A DNA stretch of 64,000 bases from Octopus bimaculoides (lineage: Eukaryota), in NCBI RefSeq assembly GCF_001194135.2, contig NC_069003.1, positions 1,067,425 through 1,131,424 on the forward strand, written 5' to 3'. Within the stretch, counting starts at the first letter, position 1. The number at the start of each line of letters is the position of its first letter. The notes under the pieces were generated by a model. The model was not told where the DNA came from. It searched no databases and worked only from the letters and a program-made list of their open reading frames with translations. Both the position numbers and the translations under genes were made by a program. Of this stretch, positions 1 to 14,534 are shown in pieces.

Positions 1-594
1 GAAATTTTAATGTTTAGGGATTAGAATTTTATTGAATAACCTGAAATTGTCGAGTAATTCATTTTATTTTGTTTTTTTTTCATATAAAAACCGTTTATTT
101 TTTTAAAGCTTAATGCTTTAGTTTCTGAAAGTGATCTGGTAAATTTATACAGACAAGGAAATCGCTCATCTATTACTGTCAAACACTGGAATATATACTC
201 ATACACACTGATAAATTTCTAAATTTCTTCTAAATGGTAAAAAGAAGACTTGCCTCAGCACATTACATAAATTGTAAAGACCTTCATCGAAATGGAACCG
301 AAATTTTTGAGTAAAAGCACTTCTAATGGTAATAGGTTTGATAACAAAATAATAATGATAATAATCAAAACGAAGAAATTAAAAAAATTGTAAAATGCAT
401 TTCAAGGCCTCTTGAACATAGTCGTACCGTTTATGAAAGAAATTCCTCTCGGTGTCGCGTAATATTTGCAAAGCAATTTTTTTATATGAAATGAAAAATA
501 CAAAAAAAACAAAACAAACAAAAAAAACCCCAGAAATTTTATTTTCTGGACTTCTCAAACTACAAGAATTCACTTTCCGCATATAAGCAACAAT

Positions 595-811
595 ACTGAT
601 TTCAAATTTTGGCAGTAGGCCAGCAATTTGAGGAGAAGGTATATATTGATTATATCGACCACCAATACTCAACTGATGCTTGTTTTATCGACTTTGAAAG
701 GATAAAACGCAAAAACGGACGTCGGTGGGATTTGAACCTAGAAAGTAAAGAGAAACTAAATGTCGCTAAACAGTTTGTCCGGCGTATTAAAAATACTGCG
801 AGTTGGCCGCC
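595..811 (-). mobile_element. tRNA-derived SINE, family A (near full length)
   Basis: Minus strand reads aggcggccaactcgcag...ggttcaaatcccaccga (B-box-like)...gtcgataaaacaagcatcag...ggtcgatataatc...ctcctcaaattgctggcc; collinear with the copies at 3945, 45655 and 49875. Confidence 0.8.
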
Positions 812-1228
812 TGGGAAAAGCTATATCTTCTCTGATTTTTATTTAATCTGGCTCGTGTCACCATTTCAAACTCATAAAATAATTTTAATAATATAACAGG
901 TCTGTACACATGTGTCTTGGTTACCGACAGTATTTACAAGAATTCAAAAGTATAGTGTTACGATAGAATTGCCTCTGTCTATTAAGAGAATCGCGAATGC
1001 AGCGTAGAAAATGTCCTGCTGTTGGTATTCTCACTCTGTAGGCTTTGAATTCGTTTCACGGTATACTCAGCCTCATCTATAATTTTTCTAGCCTCGATAA
1101 AATATTGCTCAATTATAATTTAATCGAGAATTAGTCTGTGAGAATATGTAAAGGCCGAACACGATGCAGGACAACCCAAACATCTTGTTAAAGAACATAC
1201 CGATTAGAGTGCATTCCTTTCATATCGG

Positions 1229-1580
1229 TATTATTATTGTTGGCACTCGGTCGGTTACGACGTCGAGGGTTCCAGTTGATCCGATCAACAGAACAGCCTG
1301 CTCGTGAAATTAACGTGCAATTGGCTGAGCACTCCACAGACACCTCTACTCTTAACGTAGTTCTCGGGGATATTCAGCGTGACACAGTGTGACAAGGCTG
1401 GCCCTTTGAATTACAGGCACAACAGAAACAGGAAGAAAGAGTGAGAGAAAGTTGTGGTGAAGGAGTACAGCAGGGTTCGCCACCATTCCCTGCCGGAGCC
1501 TCGTGGAGCTTTAGGTGTTTTCGCTCAATAAACACCCACAATGCCTGGTCTGGGAATCGAAACCACGATCCTATGACCGG
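1229..1580 (-). mobile_element. tRNA-derived SINE, family C, with (AAT)n tail
   Basis: Minus strand has a B-box-like ggtttcgattccc near 1560, body gtgtcacgctgaatatccccgagaactacgtt (similar to 60985-61030), and ends gtgccaacaataataata. Confidence 0.75.
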
Positions 1581-2238
1581 TATTATATAACTGTAACATT
1601 CTACACACTCACACACACACACACACACACATATACATATAATACATGCATGTGTATACATGCATACATAAATACATGCACATATATATGCATATATATA
1701 CATACACATATATTTAAATACATCTGTATGTATGTATGTATGCACGTGTGTGCATGTGCTTATACACATAAGCATATATCAATTATATACGCATATGTAT
1801 ATAGATGTGGGTGTGTATGTGCGTCTGTATTTATATCTATATATATGTGACCCAGTTGGGAGAGATATGTAGGAAAAACGAAAAGAAAAAAAAGTCGGAA
1901 GAACATAGGAGATAAACACAGCGTAGGATTATGGTTGACATGAGCAACAGCCACAACAACAACCACAACAACACAAACAGGCTCCACGCAACAGTTATGA
2001 AATGCTGAGATATGGCATCAGATGTAAATGTAATTTATACAATATGCCATGGAAGAAATTTCGGTAGAAAACGCACAAAGATCTATTAGCATTCACACGC
2101 ACACACATACACATTGTATACAGACACGCATCGAGATATATACCCACGAACACACGTATGTGTATATATGTTTATTTATTTGTATCTTGCTTTCTCTCTC
2201 TCTGTGTGTCTCTCTCTCTGTCTCTCTGTCTGTCTGTT

Positions 2239-2295
<57 letters not shown>

Positions 2296-2517
2296 TATGT
2301 ATGTAGTATGTATGTATGTGAATATATATGAGTGTGTGAATGTGTGAGGGCGCGCGTGCGAAAATTTTCAGTTCACACAGCGAGTAGGCAAAGTTCCTTA
2401 AAAGGACTCTACATTGGCAAAAACTGTAGAACATTTACAGATTTTATGAGTTAGCAAATGAACGGTGCCCGAGTTCGAGTTGCATGCACGTGTATATATG
2501 TATGCATATATATATAT

Positions 2518-2687
2518 AATTAACATAATAGGGTAAAAAATTAATATCAATTTACTACACAGGTACTATAATCCTTTTGAGATCTCAGAAATTTTTTTCT
2601 GAATCTTCTGATTGTTTTAATGTGCTAGTTTCCTGGTATTAAATTGATATTAATTAATATCAAATTTTTTACCCTATTATGTTAATT
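2518..2687. mobile_element. AT-rich MITE-like element (170 bp) with terminal inverted repeats
   Basis: Perfect 25-bp inverted repeat aattaacataatagggtaaaaaatt (2518-2542 and 2663-2687), extended by a further 12 bp (aatatcaattta) after an 11-bp indel; no ORF inside. Confidence 0.7.
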
Positions 2688-2699
2688 AACCATAATCAC

Positions 2700-3070
2700 G
2701 TTTCTCAAAGTTGGTAAATTCAATACAGAAATTATTTACTGCGGAGATATTTTCGGATTTAACGCGCCAAAACTAAGACTTTTGAATTTTACTCTTTATA
2801 AGTAATAGAATCCCGTGCACATGTTTTCATTTGTTGGAGGCAACTAGCATGAGGTTCTTTTGGATTACAATCGTTATGGAAGTCTGTACTGAGGAAAAAC
2901 AGATACTTTCGTTGACAAAGTGTTGATTTTGAAACCATGCTCTACAGATAACCGAGGTATTTATAATTTTCACTAGTCTCGCCCGCCTGTTTTTGCTCCG
3001 ATGAATTTTCTTTGAGAATTTTTTAAGTGACCTTCTTCTAGCACATTAGCAGTCCACTTAGTGGTCTCTT
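2700..3070 (-). mobile_element. Possible very decayed non-LTR RT fragment
   Basis: Minus-strand translation gives ETSENYKYLGYL*, resembling the YKYLG motif at the end of LINE RT domains; the rest is interrupted by stops and not recognisable. Confidence 0.3.
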
Positions 3071-3080
3071 TTATATACAC

Positions 3081-3153
<73 letters not shown>

Positions 3154-3579
3154 TTTATGTATATTAGTTTATGTATATATTAATATTATCTCAGTTATTA
3201 AAACTTTCGATAATTTAAATACGTTAATAGTTACCAGAGGTAGCAAAATTACACTAAAAAACAAGATATCACGACCGTTTTACAGGAAGATATGCCAAGT
3301 TAAAGTGATACATTTTGAGAAGATATGGATAATAATAAATGGAGCAAAACACATGTCAATAAAAGGAACTTTTTTTGACATGCGTTTTGCTCATTTATTA
3401 TTATATATATAGTTGGGCGGATGTATATAGGCACGTATATGTATGTACTTGTGTATAAACGCACTTAAACACGTATCCCGAAGTATACATATACTCACAC
3501 TATACACACGTACATATATCGTCACACTAGACACACGTACATATATACACACATGTATATTGTAAAATATACTTTTCTA

Positions 3580-3695
3580 CTCTAGGTGCAAGGGAGTCAC
3601 TCGATTAAATCCACACCAGTACGCAAATGGTACTTAATTTATCGATCTCGAAAGGAAGAAAGGCAAAGACTCCTTCGGCGGAATTTGAACTCGGC
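3580..3695 (-). mobile_element. SINE family A, partial
   Basis: Plus strand ggtacttaatttatcgatctcgaaaggaagaaaggcaaagactccttcggcggaatttgaactc is the reverse complement of the family A core. Confidence 0.75.
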
Positions 3696-3944
3696 ACTCC
3701 ATATATCAACTCTATTCAGAAGTGGACTTTTAGAAGCGGAGTCGACAAAGAGTGAAACCCATGATTTTGCTTTTTTCTGTGCTCGAAATGATTGAAATAA
3801 CAAGAAACTTATATACGATTGTCAAGCGAAGTCAACAGGCAGTATCAAGTACGCTAAATGTTGAAGTCGACGCATTTCTACTGCGATACATTTAAAGCAC
3901 CAAACGTGAACGCAACGCTTCAGTGATATGCGTTCGTGTGTGAA

Positions 3945-4160
3945 GGCGGTGAGCTGGCAGAAACGGTAGCAAGCCGGGGGAGGTGCTAAGCTGCATGTCT
4001 TCTATCTTCAAGTTCTGGGTTCAAATTCCGCCGAGGGCCGCTTTGCCTTTCATTCTTTAGGGACCGATAAAATGAACATTGGTTCAGCACCGGGTTCGTT
4101 GTAATCGACTTACCCCCTCCCCCAAGCTAGTTGGCATTGTGCTAAATATTCAATCCAATA
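3945..4160 (+). mobile_element. tRNA-derived SINE, family A (near full length)
   Basis: ggcggtgagctggcagaaacggtagc (A-box-like)...gggttcaaattccgcc (B-box)...ctttgcctttcattc...gataaaatg...gtaatcgacttaccccctcccc. Confidence 0.85.
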
Positions 4161-5005
4161 CCTCTGTTTGTGTGTATTTGTGTGAATGTGCGTTGTGTAT
4201 ATGTGCATGCACGCGGGTGTGCATGTGTGAGTATGTGTGTATGTGTGAGTGTGTGCATGTATATAGATCTAGTGAGTTAAACACTCATTTATATCTACAT
4301 ATATACGCATACATACACGTATATGTGTGTGTAAGCACACACGCACACAGATATTTATATAAACGTACTGGCATGGATGCGTATATACGTACATATATAC
4401 ATCGACGCATGCATAGTGTACGTTTGTGCTTGTGTGTACGCGTAACGAGAGAGAGAGAGAGATCACGACAAAGAGATTTCCACAAAAAAAAAAACAATTA
4501 AATTAAATTAAATAAAAAAAGACAATATGTAATATGTCAAACGAGAAGACCTGTGAACACATGACACAACAAAACATACATTGTGAATGTGTCAGAAATG
4601 AGTTCAATTCGTAATGACAGATGTAACAATACGAAAAAAAAAAAAACAGCAACTAAGAAGCGAAAAGAAGACAATAAAATAACAAAGAACACAAACTATT
4701 GAACAGAAAAATAATTAAGAAAGATAACATTGACAAGAATACACAGCGACAACAATAAGAACAACATGAATAAGATAAGGTAAGGGAGAAGATAGGAGAA
4801 AAGTTTAGAGATGATAGGAATAAGATTTCACATGGTTGTCTTCCGATATTGGAGGAGAGAAGGAGAGAGAGAGAGAGAGAAAGGGTAAGCGAGATTTAAA
4901 ACAAGAACAAAGAACAAGAGAAAATCAAGCTGAATGAACCATGGAAAGTGAAGAAAACACACGAATGCGTACACATATACAGGACAAGGCTAATGAAAAA
5001 AATAA

Positions 5006-5077
<72 letters not shown>

Positions 5078-5209
5078 AGAGTGAGGGAGAGAGTGGTTGT
5101 GTGCATGAGAGTGAGGGAGACAGGTGAACTGTGTAAGTATGTGCATATCTATGAATGTGTCTGAAATACAAGGTCACCGTTATGTGTGTAGGTTAGAATA
5201 TATCTCTGT

Positions 5210-5251
<42 letters not shown>

Positions 5252-5719
5252 GTAACTATGTTTGTGAATAGGTTTATGATGCATACATCCACGTATGCAT
5301 ATACATATCAACAATCACACACACACACACATCTGTTTCCTTGCATACATACATACATACTCAAACACACGTGTACCTATGCGCATGCTCGCTGGTGTTT
5401 GCATGAAGGTCGATAACTGCGGGTATGTTTACATTATGTCAGATTAAATAACAACACAAACGACAATAAAAACCACAACATCAACAACAACAACGAAGAA
5501 GATTTTTATGTATGGACACAAAGTTAGACGGAATCAAATATTTCTGTAAAATACGTATGTGTGTGTGTGAGGGTTTGTAGGCGTGTGTGGGTGTTTGTGA
5601 GGGTGTGTGAGTGTGTGTGAGTGTCTGAGTGTGTTTGTGTGTTTATGTGTGTGTGTCGTTTTGTGGACACTTGTTCGTATGATTATGAATATATATCATG
5701 TACATCACAGATATATATA

Positions 5720-5767
<48 letters not shown>

Positions 5768-6502
5768 CACACACACATAGATACACAAGTACACACAAAT
5801 ATACAAACGTATGTACACACACATATGTCGGCATGCATAAGCAAACGCATGTGGTTATATATATATATATATATAGAAAGATGGTGGAAAATAACACGTT
5901 TGTAAATATGTTTTCAAGAGCGTGTGTGTGTGTGTAACTCCACACACATACACATACACACACATAGACACATACACAAACATAGACACATACACACACG
6001 TACAAACACATGCTCATGCACACATACAAGCACACACATCTACATTCATGTACATATATGTACACAAACACATGTGTCGCGAATGAGATAGAGAGAGGAG
6101 AGATATAGAAGGAGTGAGAAGGATTGAGAGAGAGCGAGAGAGAGAGTGAGAGTGCGGCAGGGAAGAGAGCANNNNNNNNNNNNNNNNNNNNNNNNNNNNN
6201 NNNNNNNNNNNNNNNNNNNNNNNNNNNNNNNNNNNNNNNNNNNNNNNNNNNNNNNNNNNNNNNNNNNNNNNNNNNNNNNNNNNNNNNNNNNNNNNNNNNN
6301 NNNNNNNNNNNNNNNNNNNNNNNNNNNNNNNNNNNNNNNNNNNNNNNNNNNNNNNNNNNNNNNNNNNNNNNNNNNNNNNNNNNNNNNNNNNNNNNNNNNN
6401 NNNNNNNNNNNNNNNNNNNNNNNNNNNNNNNNNNNNNNNNNNNNNNNNNNNNNNNNNNNNNNNNNNNNNNNNNNNNNNNNNNNNNNNNNNNNNNNNNATA
6501 TA

Positions 6503-6617
6503 TACTTGTTTAATCAGGGAATATAATTTAAATATATATATATATATACTTGTTTAATCAGGGAATATAATTTAAATATATATATATATATACTTGTTTA
6601 ATCAGGGAATATAATTT
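6503..6617. repeat. Minisatellite, three copies at 44-bp period
   Basis: tacttgtttaatcagggaatataattt recurs at 6503, 6547 and 6591, separated by TA runs; abuts the 6172-6497 gap. Confidence 0.9.
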
Positions 6618-6919
6618 CGAATGTGAGGACGAGAAAATATCTTCGGTAAACATAAGAAATTCTAACCAGATAAGATTAGAACACGCAACAACCTTATCTG
6701 TCTTGTGTTAGCATTAGATGGGTGACAAGAAATTGTGTGTATATGTGTATGTATGTATGTATGTAATAGCCACATACGTTTGTATACACACATACGTATA
6801 TATTTATGCATGTGTGTGTATATATATATATATATATATCTATACACCTAAATATATGTGTGCGTATATATATATATAGGTATATATGTATACATATGAT
6901 ATATGATTTGTGTATGTAT

Positions 6920-6960
<41 letters not shown>

Positions 6961-7122
6961 AGAGAGAGTGTGTGTTAATCTAATATATTTAAATTGACTT
7001 TCGATGTTTATTCTTTTTTTTTTATTTGGTCACGGATTTATACGTGTGCGTCTTTGATTGTGCGTGTGTGTGTGTGTGTGTACCTACGAGTGTGTGTGTG
7101 CGCGTGTGTATTTACATGCGTG

Positions 7123-7163
<41 letters not shown>

Positions 7164-8988
7164 CTGTACTACTAGTATTAGACAATAAGTTTATTTCCGC
7201 AACTCGTTTCTTCTTCCTCACTCGCTCACCGCGATCCCTTCTACGCTATTCTGAACGGAAGACTCTTCTAATTTAGTATGTCAACTCCCATAAATCAACC
7301 ATTTTTGAAAATATTTTTTTATGTGATTTTTTTTCTTTTTCGTTTTGTTTCCAACTTTATCTCCACGTTACTTTGCGATAACGGATGTTAAGGTTAACAA
7401 ATAGAAACCTTCGATGAAATTCTAATCACTGCTGTCATCTCCCGGTTCTCCCAGGAAAACAAGGACGCCGCATTTGGGATTTCGTTTTGATAACGAATGA
7501 AACATTCACTGTAGAGAACCACTGTGGTTCACAACATTAGATATTCTTTGCTGTTTGATATTTTCCTTTTTGTATAGCCCTGGGTCATCCATGATTGAGT
7601 TAAGTACATGAAATGAATCTAGAAATGAATCTAGAATGTGGGATCCGCGTAGCTCCCGATTCATCTTTCAAGGAACTGGGCGTTTGAATGCCCCGTAAAT
7701 ATCAGTAATGGCATCGTGATTTTCTGTCACTAAGGGCCAAGTCCTTGAAAGCTATTCTTGTTTGTTTTCTCCCAAGAAAAGACCTGGGGCTATACATTGT
7801 GGAACATGCGCGGTAGATATGGAAAATTATAACATAGAAGCCCGAGGCATGTTTCTATGTATTGCCTCGTATTTATGTGTTAACACTGGCTTTCCTGCTG
7901 ATGATAGCTGGCCTAGCAAATTATTTTATTTTGTTGAAAATAGCTTGAAACTTTGGTTCAGGAAATAAATGGTAAATGTTTTTATTTTTCATTCTCTTTC
8001 GAAATTATCCTTACTTGTGGTTTGGAGTTTGACTGCTCCTTCTAGCAGGTTAGATGTCCTATTATGGACATCTCTCTTATGTGTTTAAATGTACACTGTA
8101 TGTATTTATATCTATCTATCTATTTATCTATCTATGTATATGTGCATACTGCATACATGGTTAGATATATATATATATATATACATGGACACACACATAT
8201 GCATATGCATATACACACACACAAACTGACACACTTGCACATCAGCAGCAATAACATCGACACAAACATCTGCAACATCTATATTCTTATCATCGTCGCT
8301 AAAGACAAGAAGGCTAGAAAAGAAACAAAAACAAAGAGCAAATAAAATAAAACAAAACAATAGCATTTGTCTCAAACAAGAAGACGAATATCGGGAGAAA
8401 AGTAAAGTACTGACAGATTGCAGGATAAATAGAGGAATATTGGTAACTTGGAAAATGTTTGTTACAAGAATAGAGAATTTGTTCTATCTTTCCTATTCGA
8501 AATAAACATTAAAGAATTCAATCAGAAGAATTATGTTTTTGTTTGAAGAATTACTTCGAAATATCGAGTGTATGTCTGCAAAATGATTAAAAATTCTAGA
8601 CGTTATATTGAAATATTGATATAAGTGTATGGACATTCTATATGTTGGAATAGAAATAGTCTTATACTTATTTATTTATAAATGTGTATGTGTGTATATA
8701 TATGCGTATTTAGAAATGTATATGCGTATTAGATATGTGTGCGTAGGTATGAATTAAGATAGTTTTATGTACGTCTAAATATATATTGTCAAGAAATTAC
8801 TAACTGTAAATAACAAGCCGTTCTATGTTTACCTATATACATACACGCACACATACAAGTATATTTCTGTGTGTCAGTGTGTCTTTGTGTGTGCGTATAT
8901 GTGTATGTGCTAGTGTTTGTATGCATTCAACATATGTATATATGCATACACATATATGCATATACATATTCAAACACATGTAAACGTG

Positions 8989-9024
<36 letters not shown>

Positions 9025-9981
9025 TGCGTTTACATATATATATGTATATATATTAGATAGATAGATAGATATGCCCATATGCAAATGTATGTTTGTTTGT
9101 ACGTATGTATGTACGTATGCGACTGAGTTTGTTGCTTAACCTGTATTCGAAGTTTCCACATATTTCTGGTTACAAGAATTATTTTATCGCATTTTATTTA
9201 ATTTTGAAATATTTATTCTTTCTCAAATTTTAATTAAAAGACAAAAGCAAGTATTTGAAAATATTACTTATCCTCTGAAATTCCAATATTCCAATGGAAT
9301 ATTGACGGAACTCTCTAGAACAATCAGGAAATTTCACATCTATAAATTAGTTTGCTACATGTTCACCAACTGATCTAGCTATATTTCTGCGCGTTCTTTT
9401 AATCTTGCACTTGATCTAGTATAACTTAGTACTGCCTTATATGTATGCATGTATGTATCTATCTATGTATGGACGTATGCAGGTATGCATATATATATAT
9501 ATANNNNNNNNNNNNNNNNNNNNNNNNNNNNNNNNNNNNNNNNNNNNNNNNNNNNNNNNNNNNNNNNNNNNNNNNNNNNNNNNNNNNNNNNNNNNNNNNN
9601 NNNNNNNNNNNNNNNNNNNNNNNNNNNNNNNNNNNNNNNNNNNNNNNNNNNNNNNNNNNNNNNNNNNNNNNNNNNNNNNNNNNNNNNNNNNNNNNNNNNN
9701 NNNNNNNNNNNNNNNNNNNNNNNNNNNNNNNNNNNNNNCTGTATTATAATTTTATATATATATATATATATTGCATAGTATAGCTTTCATCAAGCGTCGT
9801 GTCCTCACTTTTTTAACTCCCAACAACACGTTATAAAAAGATGATAAAATATATCGATGGTCCATAATAGTTGATACTTACGTTTGTTAGTTAACGACAA
9901 CTTTTTTCGAATGATTTCTTAAAAAGAGGTCTTAGCTCTCAAATACTGAAGTACCAGATAAAAGTACTAAACCTGAAAGGT

Positions 9982-10018
<37 letters not shown>

Positions 10019-11879
10019 TATATAATGTTCTTTCACCCGAACATAATGCTTTTATTCTGTCACTAATGCCTTTATATATATATATATATATAGTTATCAT
10101 AATCGTGTGTGTTCGTAACATATATGAATCTTCTTATGTGTGTGAGTGTATATAATCTATTATCTAATTGTGTGTGAGTGTATATTATCTAGAACGATAT
10201 CTGTCATGTTATCAGCCATTTCGCTGCTTGAAAGCGTTTCCTTTACCAAATGAATAAATCTGTATAATTCAATGTTTGAAACGGTTAAAGAGAAGGGACT
10301 CTGAAGACCGTCAGAAAGAAGGAAGGTCTTGTTAGAAAGGATGGTTTAAGAAAATAGCCAAGGAAGTCAACGTGGTTTTGGCGGTGGTAGAAAGGAAATG
10401 TATGAATAAATTTGTAGTGTGAGGTTAGTTTTAATTAAAGGCTTGCTGTCACAGATGAGAGAATAAAAACAAAGGAGGAGGAGGGTGATGGATTGTAGGG
10501 GAATGGAAAGTGTGGAAGCGTGCTAATTAAACAACATTGACTGTCACCTCCTCTCGTTCATATATTCGCGCGAGCGTCGTAGATTTTTAAAAAAGTGAAA
10601 TTAATTTGAAATTTAAATTACTGAATTCGATTCGTAGTTAGGATTTATAATATGCTAAATGTTGTTTACGATAATTTAACATATCAGAAAAATACTGTTA
10701 CACATTAATGGAGTTATATAAATATTTAATGATTGTTTGTACTAAGGCAGTTAAGAATCTATATTAGCTTTGAAAAGGAAAGGTAATTCAAGCAATGCCA
10801 AAAGGTTTCGTAAATTACGGGAGCAGATTTAGTTTGATTAAAAATTATAAACAAATATTTCGAAAATTCCAGCATGGCGTTAATTCATTTATCTATCAGT
10901 CAAATATCTGCTGCATTCAATTATTGAAAAGTGTTTAATAAACAATGTATTACATAAAGCAGAGGTGAGTGTATGTGGGGGAATGCAATTAATTTTCTTA
11001 CAGATTATACGATATGGACAACTAGGAAAATGTCATAATTAAGAACGAAGGAATAATTGATAACTAATGAACGTGCAGTAAATGGGAAATTAGTGGAAGA
11101 AATATCTAAGCTCTGTGTTCGATATATATACATACAAACATAACAAACATTATTTATTTTCTCACTTTCTTTCTTCTGCTTGTTGCAGTTATTGCACTGC
11201 AGCCATGCTGGGGTACAGCCTTGTATGTATTCGCTTCCATATATTTGCAGTTTCGGATAAATTTCCATAAATAACAAATGGTTCACAATCAATGTGATCC
11301 TGTGCTAATTGACCCCGGGAAAGCCAGGATAATGTTTGTCGACGTATCATTTTAGAATAACTTTAAACGTCCGCAAGTGTGCATTGTATATATGTAAGAG
11401 TAATCTACCCAATGTTTCTGCTGTTCTGGCGGCGTCTCTGCTTTCGAAAATAAATTAATCATCTTATTTGTATCTTACGATATGTGTGTGTGTGTGTGTG
11501 TGTTATCGACCACACGTAGTCAACATAAGAGCATCGCTTCTTCACCGGTTGGCTGCGAATAGCGCGGAGGGAATGACTTCTTAAAACAGTTGGGTTTTAA
11601 ATCACTTGAAAGCCATAGGCAGTCGTGGCAGCTTACCCCAAATCCCATTCAGGTGCGACGGTCATCGATGTTTCGCCATATTTGTGGCATATCAACATCT
11701 CGTGATTGAACCGAGTCCGGTCCTATCAATTAAAACTTCTTTCCAATGCATTGACACACACTCGCACACACAGACACACTGACACATACACACATTCGCA
11801 CACATGCTCACACGCACATACACATACACACATCTATATATAAATTATGTATTAACTTTGCTGGTTCATAGTGACTCAC

Positions 11880-12113
11880 CTGTTTATATTTTTGTTAGTG
11901 TTCACCATTTTTTGGGGGGTCGGAGAATCGAAATTTGGTTTTAGACAAAGGGTTTGCACAATACTGATACAATTTCTAGAGTTATTTGTATGCTGCACCG
12001 ATTTGACTGTCCTTGTGTAAATTGTCCTGCTTGTAGGATATTTCAAAACATCATTCACAACTCTTACAAACTGATCTTTAATCCCCGAAATTCTTGAATC
12101 CTTCAGCCATAAT
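11880..12113 (-). CDS. Candidate internal coding exon (234 nt, phase 2-2), unidentified protein
   Basis: Open frame LWLKDSRISGIKDQFVRVVNDVLKYPTSRT...NKNINR ends at a consensus donor AG|GTGAGT; the acceptor (gttatag) is weak; no family recognised. Confidence 0.3.
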
Positions 12114-12782
12114 CTATAACATCATATCGTTTCCGAAGTTAATACTAACTTACACCATTATAAATAGAAATGACTATGCAATATTTATATAACTGGATTA
12201 ATATTTAACTAAAGTTTCCTGGCATGTTTAATTATAGAAAACAACCTTTAGTGTAATGTGACTTTCAGCCACGAATCGAGAAGATTAATTCAAATATGTA
12301 ATTAACTTCAACCATTTAACTTTGGTTTACTTGTCGAATATGCGGACAAAAATAGATAAAATAGCCACTGGCCATCGATTCAACCCTCTCTATTCTCTTC
12401 CCATCAACTCTCTCATCTCTTCTTTTATATTCACATTTTCTCAATGTCCTGTTAATTACAGTATTTCTCTCCCTCCCATCTCTATCTATCTATCTAATTT
12501 ACGCTTTCGACCACCTTAGTGGTAATTTCTACCATTGGTTGATCTCTTCTCTGTAATTAGTCAAGCAATTAAATTGTACAAATGTAGTCGTTTTCCAGTT
12601 GAACGACGAGCGTCGAGGGAAACTGATTGTAACACTCAAGATACGGATGTAAATATATTCGCAGTATATATTCCGTATATTCTAAAACTATTGAGTTCTT
12701 CATAGCATTCTGAGTAAAACAATCAACCGATTACGTGTAGCTGAAATATACATGAACACACACACATACAACTATATACCTA

Positions 12783-12831
<49 letters not shown>

Positions 12832-12833
<2 letters not shown>

Positions 12834-12974
12834 CGAGCTTCATTCAGTTTCTGTCTATCAAACCCACTCACAATGCTTTGGTAGTACCGAGTCTATAGAA
12901 GACACTTGTCGAAGGATTGAACCTAGAATCATGTGTTTGGAAGCAAGCTTCCACCACACAGCCACACCTGCGCC
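12832..12974 (-). mobile_element. tRNA-derived SINE, family B
   Basis: Minus strand aggcgcaggtgtggctgtgtggtggaagcttgctt...ctaggttcaatcc...caagtgtcttctatag...gacagaaactgaatgaagctcgtc; collinear with 25126, 56061 and 60680. Confidence 0.8.
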
Positions 12975-13071
12975 TATATATAAATATATATATATATATT
13001 TCGTTTTTGTATTTGGCTTGCAAAATTCTTTATGTGAATTCTTGCGTTCAAGCATATTTTATCGTGCCTGG

Positions 13072-13126
13072 GGTGAGTCATAAATAATAAGGTACTAAAA
13101 GAGAATGACTCTACACAGACGCAATA

Positions 13127-13127
<1 letters not shown>
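13072..13127. repeat. Short dispersed repeat, second copy at 27033-27090
   Basis: ggtgagtcataaataataaggtactaaaagagaatgactctacacagacgcaataa versus ggtgagtgtgttaagtaataagacactaagagagaatgactctaaacagacacaataa; probably the end of a DNA-transposon family. Confidence 0.65.
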
Positions 13128-13161
<34 letters not shown>

Positions 13162-14470
13162 CATATATATATGCGTGTGTGTGTGTATGTATGCATGCAC
13201 GTATGAATGTATGTATGTATCTGTCTATCTGTCTGTCTGTCTGTCTGTGTGTCCTATCTATTTATCCGTTTTGTGTGATTTGGGCAAAATTCACGTAATA
13301 CCCTCTCAAAAGCTCCTACGCTTCTCGTTGAAAGAAACACCCGCACCAAAATGGAGTTGAAGGAAACGATTCAAATTAAACTCATAACTATTAAGACTAA
13401 TCTTAAGTAATGTTTTATGTATACGAAGAATTGTAACCTAATGATCTTCTGGGGTGTAGAAACATGTTCTGGTGCACTAATAAAGCCTACACATTTCCAC
13501 ATCCAATTATTATTATTCTTTCTCTTTCTCTCTCTCTCGATATATATATNNNNNNNNNNNNNNNNNNNNNNNNNNNNNNNNNNNNNNNNNNNNNNNNNNN
13601 NNNNNNNNNNNNNNNNNNNNNNNNNNNNNNNNNNNNNNNNNNNNNNNNNNNNNNNNNNNNNNNNNNNNNNNNNNNNNNNNNNNNNNNNNNNNNNNNATAT
13701 ATTAAAGAGAGAGAGAGAGAGAGAGAGGCGTCTGTATATTTCCATTAATTACTAAGTACACAAATTGGACCTGCGAAATTTTCTGAGACGATGCTGTTAT
13801 TCTAAAGCTTAAGTCGACCAGAGTAACTTTTATTAGTTAGCGTATCTCTGTGTACATTACTTACAGGAAATTTAGCTGCTAAACTCTAGTAAATATGGCG
13901 AAACGTGATCTATAATAAACAGATTAAATTTATCTATTTATATATCGTCATATTTAATTATCTTATCCTAGGTACATATATTTACAAAGCTATTTAGATC
14001 ACTTCGATATATATGTATATCTGACTAACCGTGTGGAAGTGTAATCTTCATACGTTATTTATCTTTTTAATCAACACTTTCGCCTCACATCTATTTAAGC
14101 TGTCTCTTATACCATTATAGTTTCCAGACATTCGAATGTTCTCGTATATTTCAACTCCGCAGTCAAAGTGTTTATTAAGACCTCAAACTCCCATTTATTG
14201 AAATTGATTTTGCTTTTCATTGTATGTATGTGTATAGGCATATAACTATATAAATATAGGCGTTTTTTATGAATGTATAACTTTGAATTTGCGTTTGTTT
14301 CTCCCAACCGCTTGACAACCAGCGTTGCTTTGTTTACGTTCTCGTGACGTAGCCGTGCGAAGAAATGAATTGATAGTGTAAGTATTCGACTTAAAGCTAA
14401 TTAGTAGTGTCGATTTTATTAACTAAACCTATCAAGCCAATGCCTCTTCATATATATATATATGTATATG

Positions 14471-14534
<64 letters not shown>

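Noticed and set aside
1-540. Two short minus-strand ORFs at the window start
   Set aside because: The 379-672 ORF begins inside a SINE tail and crosses a T-run; neither has a recognisable domain.
6503-6617. 44-bp periodic repeat considered as a CRISPR-like array
   Set aside because: The spacers are just TA runs, the context is eukaryotic and there are no cas genes; an ordinary minisatellite at a gap edge.
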